64,000 nucleotides of DNA from Epiperipatus broadwayi (Eukaryota > Animalia > Onychophora), in the NCBI GenBank assembly GCA_028023455.1, contig JAQFVV010000005.1, positions 14,756,001-14,820,000 on the forward strand, in the 5' to 3' direction. Made by a program: the position numbers and the translations under genes. How positions within the stretch are numbered: the stretch's first letter is position 1; each line of letters starts with the position of its first letter. Shown in pieces: positions 25,441 through 37,939 of this stretch. The notes below the pieces were generated by a model. It had not been told where the DNA came from, made no database searches, and was given only the letters and a program-made list of their open reading frames with translations.

Positions 25441-27740
25441 ATATTGGATGAGTAGGCATTAGATAGGGATTTTATGCACAAGCCTTCTGGCATCCATTGA
25501 TTACTCTGTTTAGCACAGGTGGCAATACTATATGGAGTTTTGCTTTGCTTTGTTTATAAACTTTTAAACAAGTTAACTGCTTCAGAATTATAAATTTTTA
25601 ATAATAAAGAAAATTAAAATGTATGATTCTGAAGCAATTAACTTGTTTAAAAGTTCTTTTAATATTAAGAGTGTGTGGAAGTAAGTATAATTGTGGGTAA
25701 TATTTAACATAAACTTGATGTCTTTTAATTCTTTACACTTGAAAAGTTTGCTTGTGGCTGTGGAAACTATTGGTTGTGTTTTAGATTTATTTTCTTTTGC
25801 TAGACTGTTTTAGTTGTGAATATGGAATTATTTTGATTATATACATATATACTGTATATATATACACACACACTCTAGGAAGATTAGACTCCTGATTTAG
25901 TCATATATGTTGTACTAAACTTTAAAATTTTGCACTACAAGAATCTTTAAATAAATCAAATTGAAATAATATCAATTCTGCAAAGTTTCAACTAATTGTA
26001 TACATTATTTATTGCTATATTGATGAATCATTGATAAATGTATATATATGCATAAATAAATTGAAGTTATACCAATCTGAAATGTTTTATTTTATTTATC
26101 CATCATTATGTAATGAAATAAAGTGAACCAATCTCCAAAGAGTATAAGTTTTAGCTAACCACTCTTGACAACTGCTTTTAAAGATAATTGATCTCTGTAT
26201 TAGCATAACTTTATTTTCATGGTTTGAATGTTTAATTTAGTAGATTTAATAAAGACATTTTCCCCCAAATAATTTTGTGTGATCAAATAAATATCTAAAT
26301 ATGTAATTAAACAAACAGAAACACATAAATAAACTGAAGCAAAATCAAATTGTCATCTACAGTATTTTATGTTTTCACTCATCATTATATGACAAAAATT
26401 AAAGTAATCTCTCTTCAAGATACATTTTTAAATAGCAATGAAGTCATATTAATATGGGGATTACCATTTTCAAAGGCAGTTCTCAAGAAAGATTGATCTA
26501 AAATTAACTTAACAATTCACTGATTATTTGGTATATAGATAATTAATTAACTTTTAATTAAAAGGTAAAATAAAGAAAGAAGCCTATAAAAACTCCAGGA
26601 TTTGATTAGACTGGTAAAGCCTCTCCAATAGCTATTCATAGAAGAAAGTATAACCTTTACCAAATAATAATTAAATTGCCATTTTTAACTAAAGTTGTAT
26701 CATTCACTAAGTTGGTCTTAACTAGTTACCTAAAGATAAATCTCACCCTCTTAAAAAAAATTTCAAGTTTACTTAATCTGAATTCAAACCCATGTTGAAG
26801 GATGGCACGTAGATGTATGATCATTGAATAGTACATGTTCTATATGTGGAACAAATATAAATAATAAATTGAAAAATGCCAACACTTAAGTGGTCATTAT
26901 ATATGATTACTTAAAACAACTCTCACCTGTAATATCATCTGAAAATATTTCAATAACTGTTATCAAGGCAATCTTGTGAATAGATACAAATCTCAACAAT
27001 AGTTTCTACAATATATCTGGTAACATTATAAACATAATGACTAATTTTGATATAATTATACATATAATGACTAGTTAGCTGTTGGTATTGTCTCTATTAT
27101 ACTGTGGAAATAGTTAATTTGATAAAGTATAAAAATGATTATCTACCTGCAAACATTTGATTGATATGAAGCTTTACTTCAATTTTTTGGCAGTATTATA
27201 ATTTCATATCATTATTATTGATAACATTTATGATCTATTTAAGAACTTCTACAAGGATGTAAAATTAGATCTTATAGTTTCTATCTCTTTTTGACAATTA
27301 TTACTGAAATATTTTCTATTGACATTTTAAGCATGAAAACTGATTGTGAAATACCATTTTTAGATAGTATTTATCTTTGATTACAATATTTTGTGACTTC
27401 TAGAGATTTATGATTTTGTCATATGGGGTTTGAGCTTAGTCGTTATTCTGGTCACTTGAAAAGAATGCCTCCAGATGTAGTACCCCTGGCAAAACTATCT
27501 CCATTAACATTTCAAATCTATTCTGCTCAAAGTATATTTTTTCAGAACTGTTTTCACAGGCTATATATTTTATTACACATAGCTCCAATGTGTCTAATTA
27601 ATTTTTGATTCCCTATTTCTACTGCAAACATATGGGTAAAAATTAAATACCTTACAAGTAATAATTGTTAACGAAAGTTTTACTACTATCAAAGTGAATG
27701 TGAAAAATATTTCATAATTAAATTATCAATAATTAACTAA

Positions 27741-28276
27741 TATTTAAATAAGGCTAAAACCTTAGTATATGTGCCTTGAATGCTTAATTTATTATAAGAG
27801 AGACCTCTACAAATCTAACTGCAAGATTTGACTTTATAAAGATAAGAGCGGCCACTCTTATCTTCAACCTATTTTTCTAAATATATAGGCAAATCTAAAG
27901 CATTTTGATTTGGGAGTGTGAAGCTAATAAATTCTTCACTGATTAAGTTCACTATTTCAGTTAAATATTAATGATCGTGAAATCTTTCAATTTACAATGA
28001 GTCAATAGTCAGATCTTAAATTTAGAAATATTTTGAATTAATCAGTGAAGAATTTATTAGTTTCACGCTCCCAAATCAAAATGCTTTAAACTTGCCTATA
28101 TATTTAGAAAAATAGGTTGAAGATAAGAGTGGCTGCTCTTATCTTTATAAAGTCAAATCTTATGTTTAGATTTGTAGAGATCTCTCATAATTAAGCACTC
28201 AAGGCACATATATTAAGGTTTTAGTCTTATTTAAGTATTACATGCTGACATGGTGCTTAATAAGAATTAATATTTA
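27741..28276. mobile_element. PLE-type inverted insertion, no HHR recognised
   Basis: Arms ~27738-27945 and 28037-28240, 36-nt tail. TSD CAATAATTAACTAA at 27727-27740 and 28277-28290. Confidence 0.82.
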
Positions 28277-29510
28277 CAATAATTAACTAAAATAAAAAAA
28301 CAACAAATTACAACAACAATAAAAAAAGGATTAGTTAAGGCTTTATGTTTTCAGATCAAAGAAAGTCTTACCATGATATTATTCATAATATGGTAAGCTG
28401 ACTATTAAAGGTCTATGACTAGGTATGAATTCAATTATTTTGGATATTGTTTCATTTTCCTCAAATCACTTTTCTTTGTGTATAGTGATTAAAATATGAG
28501 ATTATGGATATATCTCTTTTGTGGTCATGCACAGATGATGTCTTCTGGCAGGCTGGAAAATTCATAATTGGGAAAACTACATAATTCAGCTTTCCAAATA
28601 GTACTCTTGGATAGATTCTAACCTCTCAGATTGAGAGCTTCCCTCACATAATATCTTATCAGGTTTGCTTTATACTGAGAAATACTTTGTTAAATTGCTA
28701 TGAGCATTGAAAAGTGTTTTTACACTGTTCTAGTTTTTAAACAAAAATTTATGAGGACATGTCAAGCTTTTGAGAAAGATAGTAGATCCATTGAAATCTT
28801 ACCATAGATCAACTATTCTCCATGTGAATCCTTCCTCCCTCTGAATATTCTCTTCTGCTTTTTTTCATATTTATCTGTCTTTTTTTGTTGCACTTCTCTA
28901 TTTGTATCATGATATATAATAAGAACAAATTTTCCAATCACCCCCAATTCTTAATTCCTGTTGTTTTTTATTTATATTTATTAAGTATTTCAATTCAACA
29001 AATTGGTTTAAATAAACATGTATTTTTTTATTTGCATTATGAACATATTTAAGCAACATTTAATTAATCCAATTTAAGTGTCTATTACATTTTTTAAAAG
29101 TATGTTCCAAACTAGAACTCTTAACAAGTACTATATTTATGCCATTATTTACAATTGCTTAAAAAAAATATTTTTCCAGTTTAATGACTAATAATAATAT
29201 ATATATATATATATTTTCTAAATGTTTTTATTTATTAAAAAGCCTAAAAATATTTTGTTTTCAACCACAACTGAAGTTGAAATAAAAGCATGAGGTGACC
29301 AGAAATTAATCATTTTCTTAATATTATATACTTTTATTTTAAGTTAAATATAAAAACTCTATTTGTGGTCGAAGATACTATTATTTTTGAGACTTAGAAA
29401 ATAAAAATTTTCATTATAAAAAAATAATATACATATTTTTTAAAAATTTTTAGCATTCAGTTATTTTTTGCAATTATTTAAAATGTCATTATTTGCTTAA
29501 TATTTAAAAT

Positions 29511-30082
29511 CTATAGGGTATATGAGCACAGACTTTCGCACGACCCACCATTCTCCACTCTATCTCATAACACTGATACACTTGAGACAAATATATCAGT
29601 GTTATGAGATAGAGCGGAGAATAGTGGGTCGTGTGAAACCCTGTGCTCATATACCCTATGTAACCCGTCTTTCAGTTATTACATAGTAGAGATGTCTTCT
29701 CATCCCTCGTATATGTATTAAACAGATTACGTCCTGTACATGAGAGGTCAGATTGACTTAGGTCAATGTGGGTGTGATGAGAATCTCAGCCTCAGAGTGA
29801 CCTTTGAGAGTTCCATCATCAGTTTTTCAATTGGATGGACAGTTGAAGAGTTGAAGTATGGAGTGGATTGAAGCTGGTCTATTAAAATACGAAGATTGGC
29901 TATCTTAATATATATCTGAGCACTTATTGCATATATGTGTAGAGATGATAATCTGGACCCATTGATGATTGCTGGATTATGAGATAGAGTGAAAGTGGTG
30001 GCTCGTGTGAAAGTCTGTGCTCATATACCCCTATATATTACATATATTGATACAGGTATATAATAAACCTGTATTTCAGTTA
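29511..30082. mobile_element. H2 family inverted/tandem insertion
   Basis: Short inverted pair 29512-29590/29591-29660, then a second direct copy of ...gtcgtgtgaaagtctgtgctcatatacc at 29977-30035. The HHR 5' half is at ~29955-29978 with its 3' half deleted. Imperfect TSD TTAATATTT(G)AAAAT at 29497-29510 and 30083-30097. Confidence 0.75.
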
Positions 30083-30747
30083 TTAATATTTGAAAATAAA
30101 ATCATGTGTATTAAAGATCATTTACAATAGTTTTGTTTATTTGAAAAGCAATTTTAAAAAATCAACTTTTACAATCAAAAAAAAAAATCAAAAGGTAACC
30201 TTTACAATCAAGATTAGTTTTTATTTCAATTGTAAATGATTGCTAAAAACATTTTAATCAAAGCATTTTTTAATGTATTAACCATCCTCTTATGTGCGTA
30301 CTGAAAACTTAGAACCAATAATGTTTTTGAAAATCAGTCCACTAATAAATACCTCTACATTAAAAAAAAAAGAGGGCATCCCATTGTCTCATTGCATTGA
30401 TATACAACTCATTGCATTGTCATTGATATATAACTCATACAAAATTTTAGAAAAATCCACTGGATAAAAATATATTAAACTTTGGTCTTAAAATTTTGTC
30501 TAAATAAATAAACAGTTTTTCTATTTTGAATAAAAACATTTAATAAAAACTAATTTTGAGAAACGAAAGAAAATTTCTTATCATCGTTTGCAAATTCATA
30601 AAGAATTTATTTATTTTTGTTGATATTTGTATTTTTAATTCTTTTTATGATAAGAATGTGTACCTTACTTATTTATGCACCCATACCTCTTTAACGCAAT
30701 GTTTATAAAGTCTGACAAATACTTATCAGATATATTTTATACAGAAA

Positions 30748-30980
30748 GACTTTCACACGACCCACCACTCTCCACACTATCTCATAACCCTGATACACTT
30801 GAACACATATATGCTGAAAAGATAAATAATCACCACGTATATTGATTATTTATCTTTTCAGCATATATGTGTTCAAGTGTATCAGTGTTATTAGATAGTG
30901 TGGAGAGTGGTGGGTCGTGTGAAAGTCTGTACTCATATACCCTATATATTACATAGGTATATAATAAGCGTGTGTTTCAG
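30748..30980. mobile_element. H2 family inverted insertion with tail and TSD
   Basis: Arms 30745-30833 and 30840-30930, ~50-nt tail. TSD TTTATACAGAAA at 30736-30747 and 30981-30992. Confidence 0.85.
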
Positions 30981-31007
30981 TTTATACAGAAACGTAAATC
31001 TGAAAAT

Positions 31008-32073
31008 TAGATTCTAAATAAACAGAATGGTTGATTTTAAACCTTGAGAAGGCCACTATCTGCACAATTAACAATAGAAAAGCCTTCAAAAGTATTGGTT
31101 AAATGTTACCTATATCAAGCTAAAGATAACATACATATGTCTTCAATGAACCCATTCCTGTTGCTGAAATAAACTGTGAACTACTAATATTTGTCTAATC
31201 TTACTTTGCTAGTGTTCTGAAATCAGAGTAAAAATGCATTTAAATGGATTAATGGAAACAGAGGCTCTACTATTCAAGCATGAAGAGACTACCATAAAAT
31301 AAAATAAAAACTTATACAAAAAAAGATATGTAATTAAAAACCCATGATAAGATTTTATACTGATATTTTCCTAATAAGTAATTATTTAAGAAAAAAGGCC
31401 TTTGATAATTTTTTGTGTTAAAATAATTATTTTAGACAATCTATTTTATATCTTCTAAAGTGCATTTGTAATTAATGTTTTATCTTTGTATCATTACTAA
31501 TTAATGTTATAAATTAATGTTTTATATATATGTCATTTATTTTAACTAGAACGAGAAAACAGTTCTGTTATTTGTTAACCATTATTTATTGAATGTGTTA
31601 TGAAAGGGGGCATAAACAATTGGTAAAGTGTGTATTTTTTTAATATTCTCTTTTTTTAAACAAAAAATTTAACAGCTTCTTTCCATAACTCTATGTAATT
31701 TAATACTTTTATTATTGCACTTAAATAAGTAGAGAAATATCCAATGAAAATATTAATTATGAATATTGAATTACATATTTTTCTTTTACTAAAATAGCAT
31801 GTTAGTAAATTCCATGTGACATTGGCATCCATAAAATAAGCCACTTTAGATAAGAATAATGGTTGTTCAAATCACATATAAACCAATTCTCTCTAACCCA
31901 GGGGTGGAAGATAACCAGGAAATATAATTCGGATTTTTTTACTGTTTGTTGAAGACCATAATTTGTTTATCTTACAAAAAATATATTAAAGAATGTGTAA
32001 ATTACTCCAAGTAATATAACCCAGTACAGGTAAATAATTAAAACAGATGTAAAAAATTAAAAATGGTTTAAAC
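31008..32073 (+). repeat. 5' LTR
   Basis: Colinear with 35268-36386; the similarity ends exactly at the PBS-like motif. Confidence 0.7.
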
Positions 32074-34319
32074 TGGTTGCCCAAGTAGGGCCTGAATAAA
32101 GACCATAACATGAGATGAGCTAATAAATAAATAAAAAATTGTTTATTAGTAAAAGAGAGAGAGAGAAAGAAGATTTTTTTTTTCTTTTTACTTCTTCACT
32201 TCTTTATAAGTAAATGAGGAGAAACAGATACATATAAAAAAATTTTTTTTTGTTTTTTCCCCGAGGGGAGAAGCAATAATAATCAAGTTATGAACATAAG
32301 TATTCACCTATTATTAATTATGAATTGTAAAAGTAGAATTAACAGGTACAGTTGAATAAGTATGCTAAACTCAAGATAGGCAGGTGTAATAATGGTGATA
32401 GCAAAGAGCAGACAAAGCTGTAAAATAGGGAAGGCAATTGACAGTTATATTACTTACATGTATTGAAAAAGTAAAATATTAAAAAGTAAATATTAGGTTA
32501 TGATATTGATAAGCAAAAAAATAATTAAAGGATATGAATTTATAAATGTTAAAATCAATAACCAAAAAAGAAAATGACAATAAACAGAAATTCATTCATA
32601 TGAAAATGGACAGAATCAGCTGTTCCATAATATTAGATATGTTCAGAAAACAAGTGGAAATAATCCAAAAAATGGCTAAAGGCCAAAGAAAATAGTAAAG
32701 AAATAATTCAAGACATAAATAAAATAGCCAAAGCAAATAAAAAAGAGATGCTCAATAATAATGATGAAATAATATAAAAAAAACAACAACATAATGATGC
32801 AATGGTGAAAAAATTAGATGAATTGATCAAAGAGATAAAAAGACAATCAAGGTCAATTGAAAGTTGAGATTGACACCATGATCAGAGAACTATCTAAGAT
32901 GCTAGATGATGGTTTGGTTAATCTTAATAATAAGAGTGATGATGTTAAAAAAAAGTAAAAAATAATAAAAATGAAAGTCATGAAAAGTTTGAGCTGATGG
33001 AAAAGCAGTTTCAAAATACTATTAAAATGGTGTATCATGAGAACAATGAAGCATTAATGAAAGTGCAAGATAAAGTTGACAATTTTGCCTGACTGGTTAA
33101 AATACTTTAGATAAAAGCCACAAGTAATCCAGAAGTAAAAACTGGCATAATATGAGGGTAAAAATAGATCCAAATAAACTCGATTATTTTCTCAGTATTG
33201 TGAGTCAGTTGTTAAAAATAAGCATCTTTTCTGGTCAAATTGGTGAACTACCATAGAGGACCTTAGTACTATCAATCCCATGACAGAGGAGGATAAGCTT
33301 GCTATGCTACAAAAGGCATCTCAAGCTTAGTGGGAGTTATTTATTGAAAAGCCTGATAATTTTCATGAATATAAGCAATCAATAATGAGATGCTATTGGA
33401 GTGAAGTCTATCAAGAGAGCATCAAATGCCAGATATTTTAGGAGAGATGTTGAGCTGGTAAATGGTATATTCCATTTTTTCAGAAGGCAAGTGGCCAAAC
33501 TTAGAGCTCTAACAGCTTGTCCACTGAACAAAAATCAGATAATTTAGAGAGGCATAGCTTTCCAAATCATATGGAACAATTATTGGTTGGCACTGATCAT
33601 AAGACATTGAACAAGTGATGCTAGTAAAGAATCAGGGTTCAAATCCCACAACAAATTCCCTTACAGGAAAAATGATTAATAAAAAATGTCACAATGATGG
33701 GAAAGAAAAGAATCATCACCATGGTATAAAAAGAGAAGTTCAACTGCAATCCTAAAAAAACTGGATTATTCCATGTATTAAAAATGGCTTCAATATTTCT
33801 AGTGATGATTTGTATAATAAAAATAATAGATATTCACCATCACCTAGTAAAAACCCTCAAGATAGAGGCAGATTTTCAGGAAAAAAACTCAATGTTAAGT
33901 GGAGGGAATAGTGTAGCAAATGAAGGCAACAGTCAAGATCACTATCACATGAGCCATCAACTAGTTACAAAAAATAGCATTCATTTAGTTGATATGAATG
34001 AATATCATGAATCTGTTTCCATGATAATTTTGATAGATGTCAAAGAGATATTGAGAAAATATTAGGAAGAGTGAAAAGTAGGAATGAACATGATAACATT
34101 GGTCATTTGGAGATTGTGTGTGGCTGGCATGTGTGTCTACCCTTTCTGTTTATTTAGATGGTCGAACAGCAATGAGTTACTGTCATGTTATTCATTATTA
34201 CAAAATCTATAAGAATACTTTTTTAAAAAAGGAAGTGACCTACACTCATAGGTTGTAAGCAGCACCTGTAGAAGTTTCTTCAGCTCACCAAGTGTGCTAA
34301 TGAAAGAGAAAATATATCC

Positions 34320-34450
34320 CTAGTTTAAGTGTTTCATTTCTGCTGAAAATTTTCTGACAAATTTATGCATTAGAATTCCCGGTTAGCCTTTATACATGAG
34401 AGCATGATTAGTAATATGTTGCTTGTTCACAGATCTGAAATTTGTACAGA
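34320..34450 (-). pseudogene. Two decayed C2H2 zinc-finger repeats
   Basis: Minus strand YKFQICEQA..H and, after a frameshift, F*C..ICQKIFSRNETLKL. Confidence 0.4.
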
Positions 34451-35267
34451 TGGTTCAGGATAGACAGATTCGCATGATTGTCATCAAATGGCTGGCGGAT
34501 GTTAGAATTATGCTTATCTGCATTTTCCTATCTCATCAAAAATAATTATAATAAAAACTCAGTTTGTAAGACCAAGAATAATGACTGAACTTGACAGCAA
34601 CACACACACATACATAAAAAATTAGCATTAGAAACAAATTCAGTCAATAAGTGATGAAAGTATTATTTAATAGTCTGCTGATTCTATTTTGATCCTCATT
34701 AGATAGGGAGTTTTGCATCATTTACTGGTACAAAGTATACTTACATGTATAGGGTGGAATGGAAGGAAGCTATATTAATGAATGAAATTAGCTAACCTTC
34801 ATTATTTTTTTATTGCTTTGCCCCTTTGCAATTAATTGAAAGTTTAGCCAAAAAACAATTTTGTTTGAAAGAAATTCCTTACATAAAGTATGCATTTTTA
34901 ATGGTAGACATGTTTTATAAAGTTTCTAAAATGCACATGATAAAAAATATGTTCTTTATTTTTATTTCATAATAAAAAAAGAAATAAAAAAATAAAAACA
35001 TACTTTGCGACATAGCAACAGGATTACATTTTCAATGTGAACTATTGTCCCACACAGAATGGTATATTTGAAAAGTGAAAAATTTTTAAGAAAAACAACC
35101 ATGAGAAACGATGGCAATATATAAAGCTGATTCAGTTGTGATTACAGAATTATTAATTAAAGAATTAATATATTAACAGAAACTGTATCAGTTATTCACC
35201 AGCAATTTCTTTGATTGTTGTAAAGAAGTCAACAACTTTGGGACATATTCAAGCCTGGGGTGATAGT

Positions 35268-36386
35268 GGGTTGAATTCTGAAATAAACAAAATGGCCGAA
35301 TTTAAGCCTTGAGAAGGCCAATATCTGCACAATTAACAATAGAAATGCTTTCAAAAGTATTAATTAAATGTTACCTATGTCAGGCTAAAATAACATACAG
35401 CTGTCATTGCTGAACACATTCCTGTTTCTGAAATGGAGCTGTGAACCACTAATAACTACCTAATCCTAGTTTGATGTCATCCTGAAATCAGAGAGTGAAA
35501 ATTCATTTACAAAATCAACTCCAGTCAATCTAACAGAAATAAATTAATGAGAAATTAAGAGACTACTATTCCAGCATGTCAAGCCATTACCATAAAGTAA
35601 ATAGACTTATACAGAATAAGGTGCCCATAATTAAAAATCTGTGATAAGATTTTAGATTGATATTTTTCTAATAAGTAATTATTTAAGAAAAAAGATCTTT
35701 GATAATCATTTGAGTTAAAATATTTTTTTTAGACAATCTATTTTATATCTTCTAAAATATGTTTGTAATTAATGTTTTATCTTTGTATCATTACTAATTA
35801 ATGTTATAAATTTGTATCATTTATTTTAACTAAAACAAGAAAATAGTTCTGCTGTTTGTTAACAATTATTTATTGAATGTATTGTGGAAGGGGATATAAA
35901 TGAGCTGCAAAAGCGTGTATTTTTTATATTATTAATTTATTCTTTAATTCTTCTTTCTTAAACAAAAAATCTCAACAGTTTCTTTCCGTAACTCTATACA
36001 ATTTAATATTATTATTACTGCATTTAAATAAGCAGAGAAATTTTCGATGAAAATATTAATTATGAATATTAAATCATATTTTTTCTTTTACTAAGACAGC
36101 ATGTTAACAAATATTACATTCACCCTAGCATCCATAATATGTTTTACATAAGAATAATGGTTGTTCAAACTGTGCTTGAACCAATTCTCTCTAGCCCAGG
36201 GGTTGAGGATAATCAGGAAATATAATTACGATCTTTTTATATATACTTTTTCTGATTGTTTGCTAAAGGCCATAGTTAATTAATTTATGAAAATATATCT
36301 GAGACATGTGAAGGACCCCAAGTAACTGATAACCCCGTACAGACATATTAATTAAAATAAATGTACAAATTTAGGAATGGTTTAAT
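35268..36386 (+). repeat. 3' LTR
   Basis: Colinear with 31008-32073. Confidence 0.7.
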
Positions 36387-36499
36387 ATATATATATAGTA
36401 ACATTATGAAATAAATAAGTCATAAGCATATCATGAGTAATGCAAATAAACATTAATAAATAAATAATCATCAACAAATGAGCAAAAAATCATCATCAG

Positions 36500-36900
36500 A
36501 AGTAAATAATAATCAATATACGTGGTAAGTATGGCATAACCAGCAGTTATTAACAGTCAAATAGAGTATTAACAGCAATAATCGGTCTTTCTGGTGGGAT
36601 TTAAATGAGGCACATTGTAAAATTTTAGGTTATTCATCAAAGCTAGTATGAATCATGAGACATAATATGATGAAAACAATTGTCAATATTTCATCTGCAT
36701 ACCCATATGTAAGTGCTAAAATAGCTATGATAATAAGCATTTCATAAAAATACTGTGATCACTACATCACTGCTGGTCATTATCAATGCTTGGGGTCATC
36801 AGGAATTGTGAGTGAATTGACCATCATTAAACTAGTCATTATCATTGTAAAACATAAGTGAGTGGATTTTTAAAATGACTTTATTGTCATTCCCATCATC
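36500..36900 (-). pseudogene. Possible PLE reverse transcriptase N-terminal remnant
   Basis: Across frameshifts: GNDNKVIL, FNDGQF, IPDDP, KFYNVPHL, IPPERPIIAVNT, resembling PLE DKGN.VI, L.D..Y..DP, FYGLPK.HK, P.RPIVS. Confidence 0.45.
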
Positions 36901-37532
36901 TAAGTGATTCTAAAGATCATTGTATACAAGTCCATAAAACATATAAATATGCACATACTATTAGTCTTGCACTCAATTTGGGGTTGCAAAGACTGATGAT
37001 TGTGAACAAGAGAAAATATATACATCTAATCTATTTAGAATTAAAGAACTTCCATGAAATAAACTAAAAATTAATAAATTTATTGATTAGAAATAATAAT
37101 AAAATAAAATGTAAAATCTGATATATTTCAATAGATTGGCAAACTTAACTATATTAGCAGTATTTAAATAGTAGTTTACAAATATATAGATATATGTATG
37201 TATATTGTAATAAGTATTAAATAAACATATATGTATGTAAACATGTGTGTCTAATAATACAAAATATTCTAATTAATAAACTGATCAAAATATATAAAAT
37301 GCGCTAACACGCACAAGCACACAAAACTAAAAACAAATAAAGAAAAGTATATATTATTTTATTTTAATATATATATTTAATCAAATGGCTAAGCTCTTTC
37401 AAGGGTCAAAGCCCTTGTATTCATAGCCGTTTTGTAAAAATATAAAAAATTAACTAGGAGCGATGTAAATTTATGCAAATGAAATGATTACGCATTCCAT
37501 TTCTTGGATATTTTATAGCAAGAGTACTTTCT

Positions 37533-37650
37533 GTCAAGCGTTGTTAGCCGAGAGGTCATCGCATCCGCCTTGCAAGCAAGTAGTTGGTTGCAGACGGTTG
37601 TGGGTTCGCGTCCCGGCCGATGCTATGACATATGAGAAAAAAAAAAAAAA
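37533..37650 (+). mobile_element. Full-length tRNA-derived SINE (~118 nt) with poly(A) and TSD
   Basis: A box TAGCCGAGAGG (37545-37555), B box GGTTCGCGTCC (37603-37613), poly(A). TSD AAGAGTACTTTCT at 37520-37532 and 37650-37662. Confidence 0.9.
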
Positions 37651-37939
37651 AGAGTACTTTCTATTTATGGCGTCGCCATCTCTAGAGATAAAGTAAAGTT
37701 TTTTTATTGGTGAATTATTTCATTCTTTTAAACATTTTGTCTCCCTGGTTTGGCTAATTTATTCATCAATTGTTTACTTTTAAAACAAATCAGTATATTA
37801 TAGAATAATTATATATTTTTCTTTTGGGCAATAAAGAGAAAATGATTTTTGTTAACCACAAATTTAATGCTGGAACGAATATGTCAATATATTTGAAAAT
37901 ATACTAAAATTATCCATTGAGAAAGATTGAATATCTAAA

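Larger units (their letters stand above)
24353..25558. mobile_element. H1 copy D (subfamily 2): head-to-head multimeric insertion with TSD
   Basis: Minus arm 24353-24945 (tail at left, repeat spacing 457), plus arm 24941-25558 (two HHRs 449 nt apart), junction microhomology ATCC. TSD AACTTTTAAACAA at 24340-24352 and 25559-25571. Confidence 0.92.
24164..25840. repeat. Older inverted-repeat element interrupted by H1 copy D
   Basis: 24164-24352 plus 25572-25600 is the diverged reverse complement of 25616-25840; centre near 25605. Confidence 0.75.
31008..36386 (+). mobile_element. Gypsy-like LTR retrotransposon remnant lacking pol
   Basis: Two diverged ~1.1-kb direct repeats (31008-32073, 35268-36386). 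PBS-like TGGTTGCCCAAGTAGGGCC at 32074-32092 directly after the first repeat. gag remnant EDKLAML..WELF..RCYWSEVYQESIKCQIF (~33280-33440). G-rich tract before the second repeat. Confidence 0.72.

Noticed and set aside
36516-36535. 18-nt match (minus strand) to the loop of the 30748 element
   Set aside because: AT-rich, and the flanks do not align; the 30.8-kb loop is explained by the H2 arm ends.
37533-37625. tRNA gene call
   Set aside because: Broken D, anticodon and T stems, plus poly(A), TSD and a truncated second copy, indicate a SINE.
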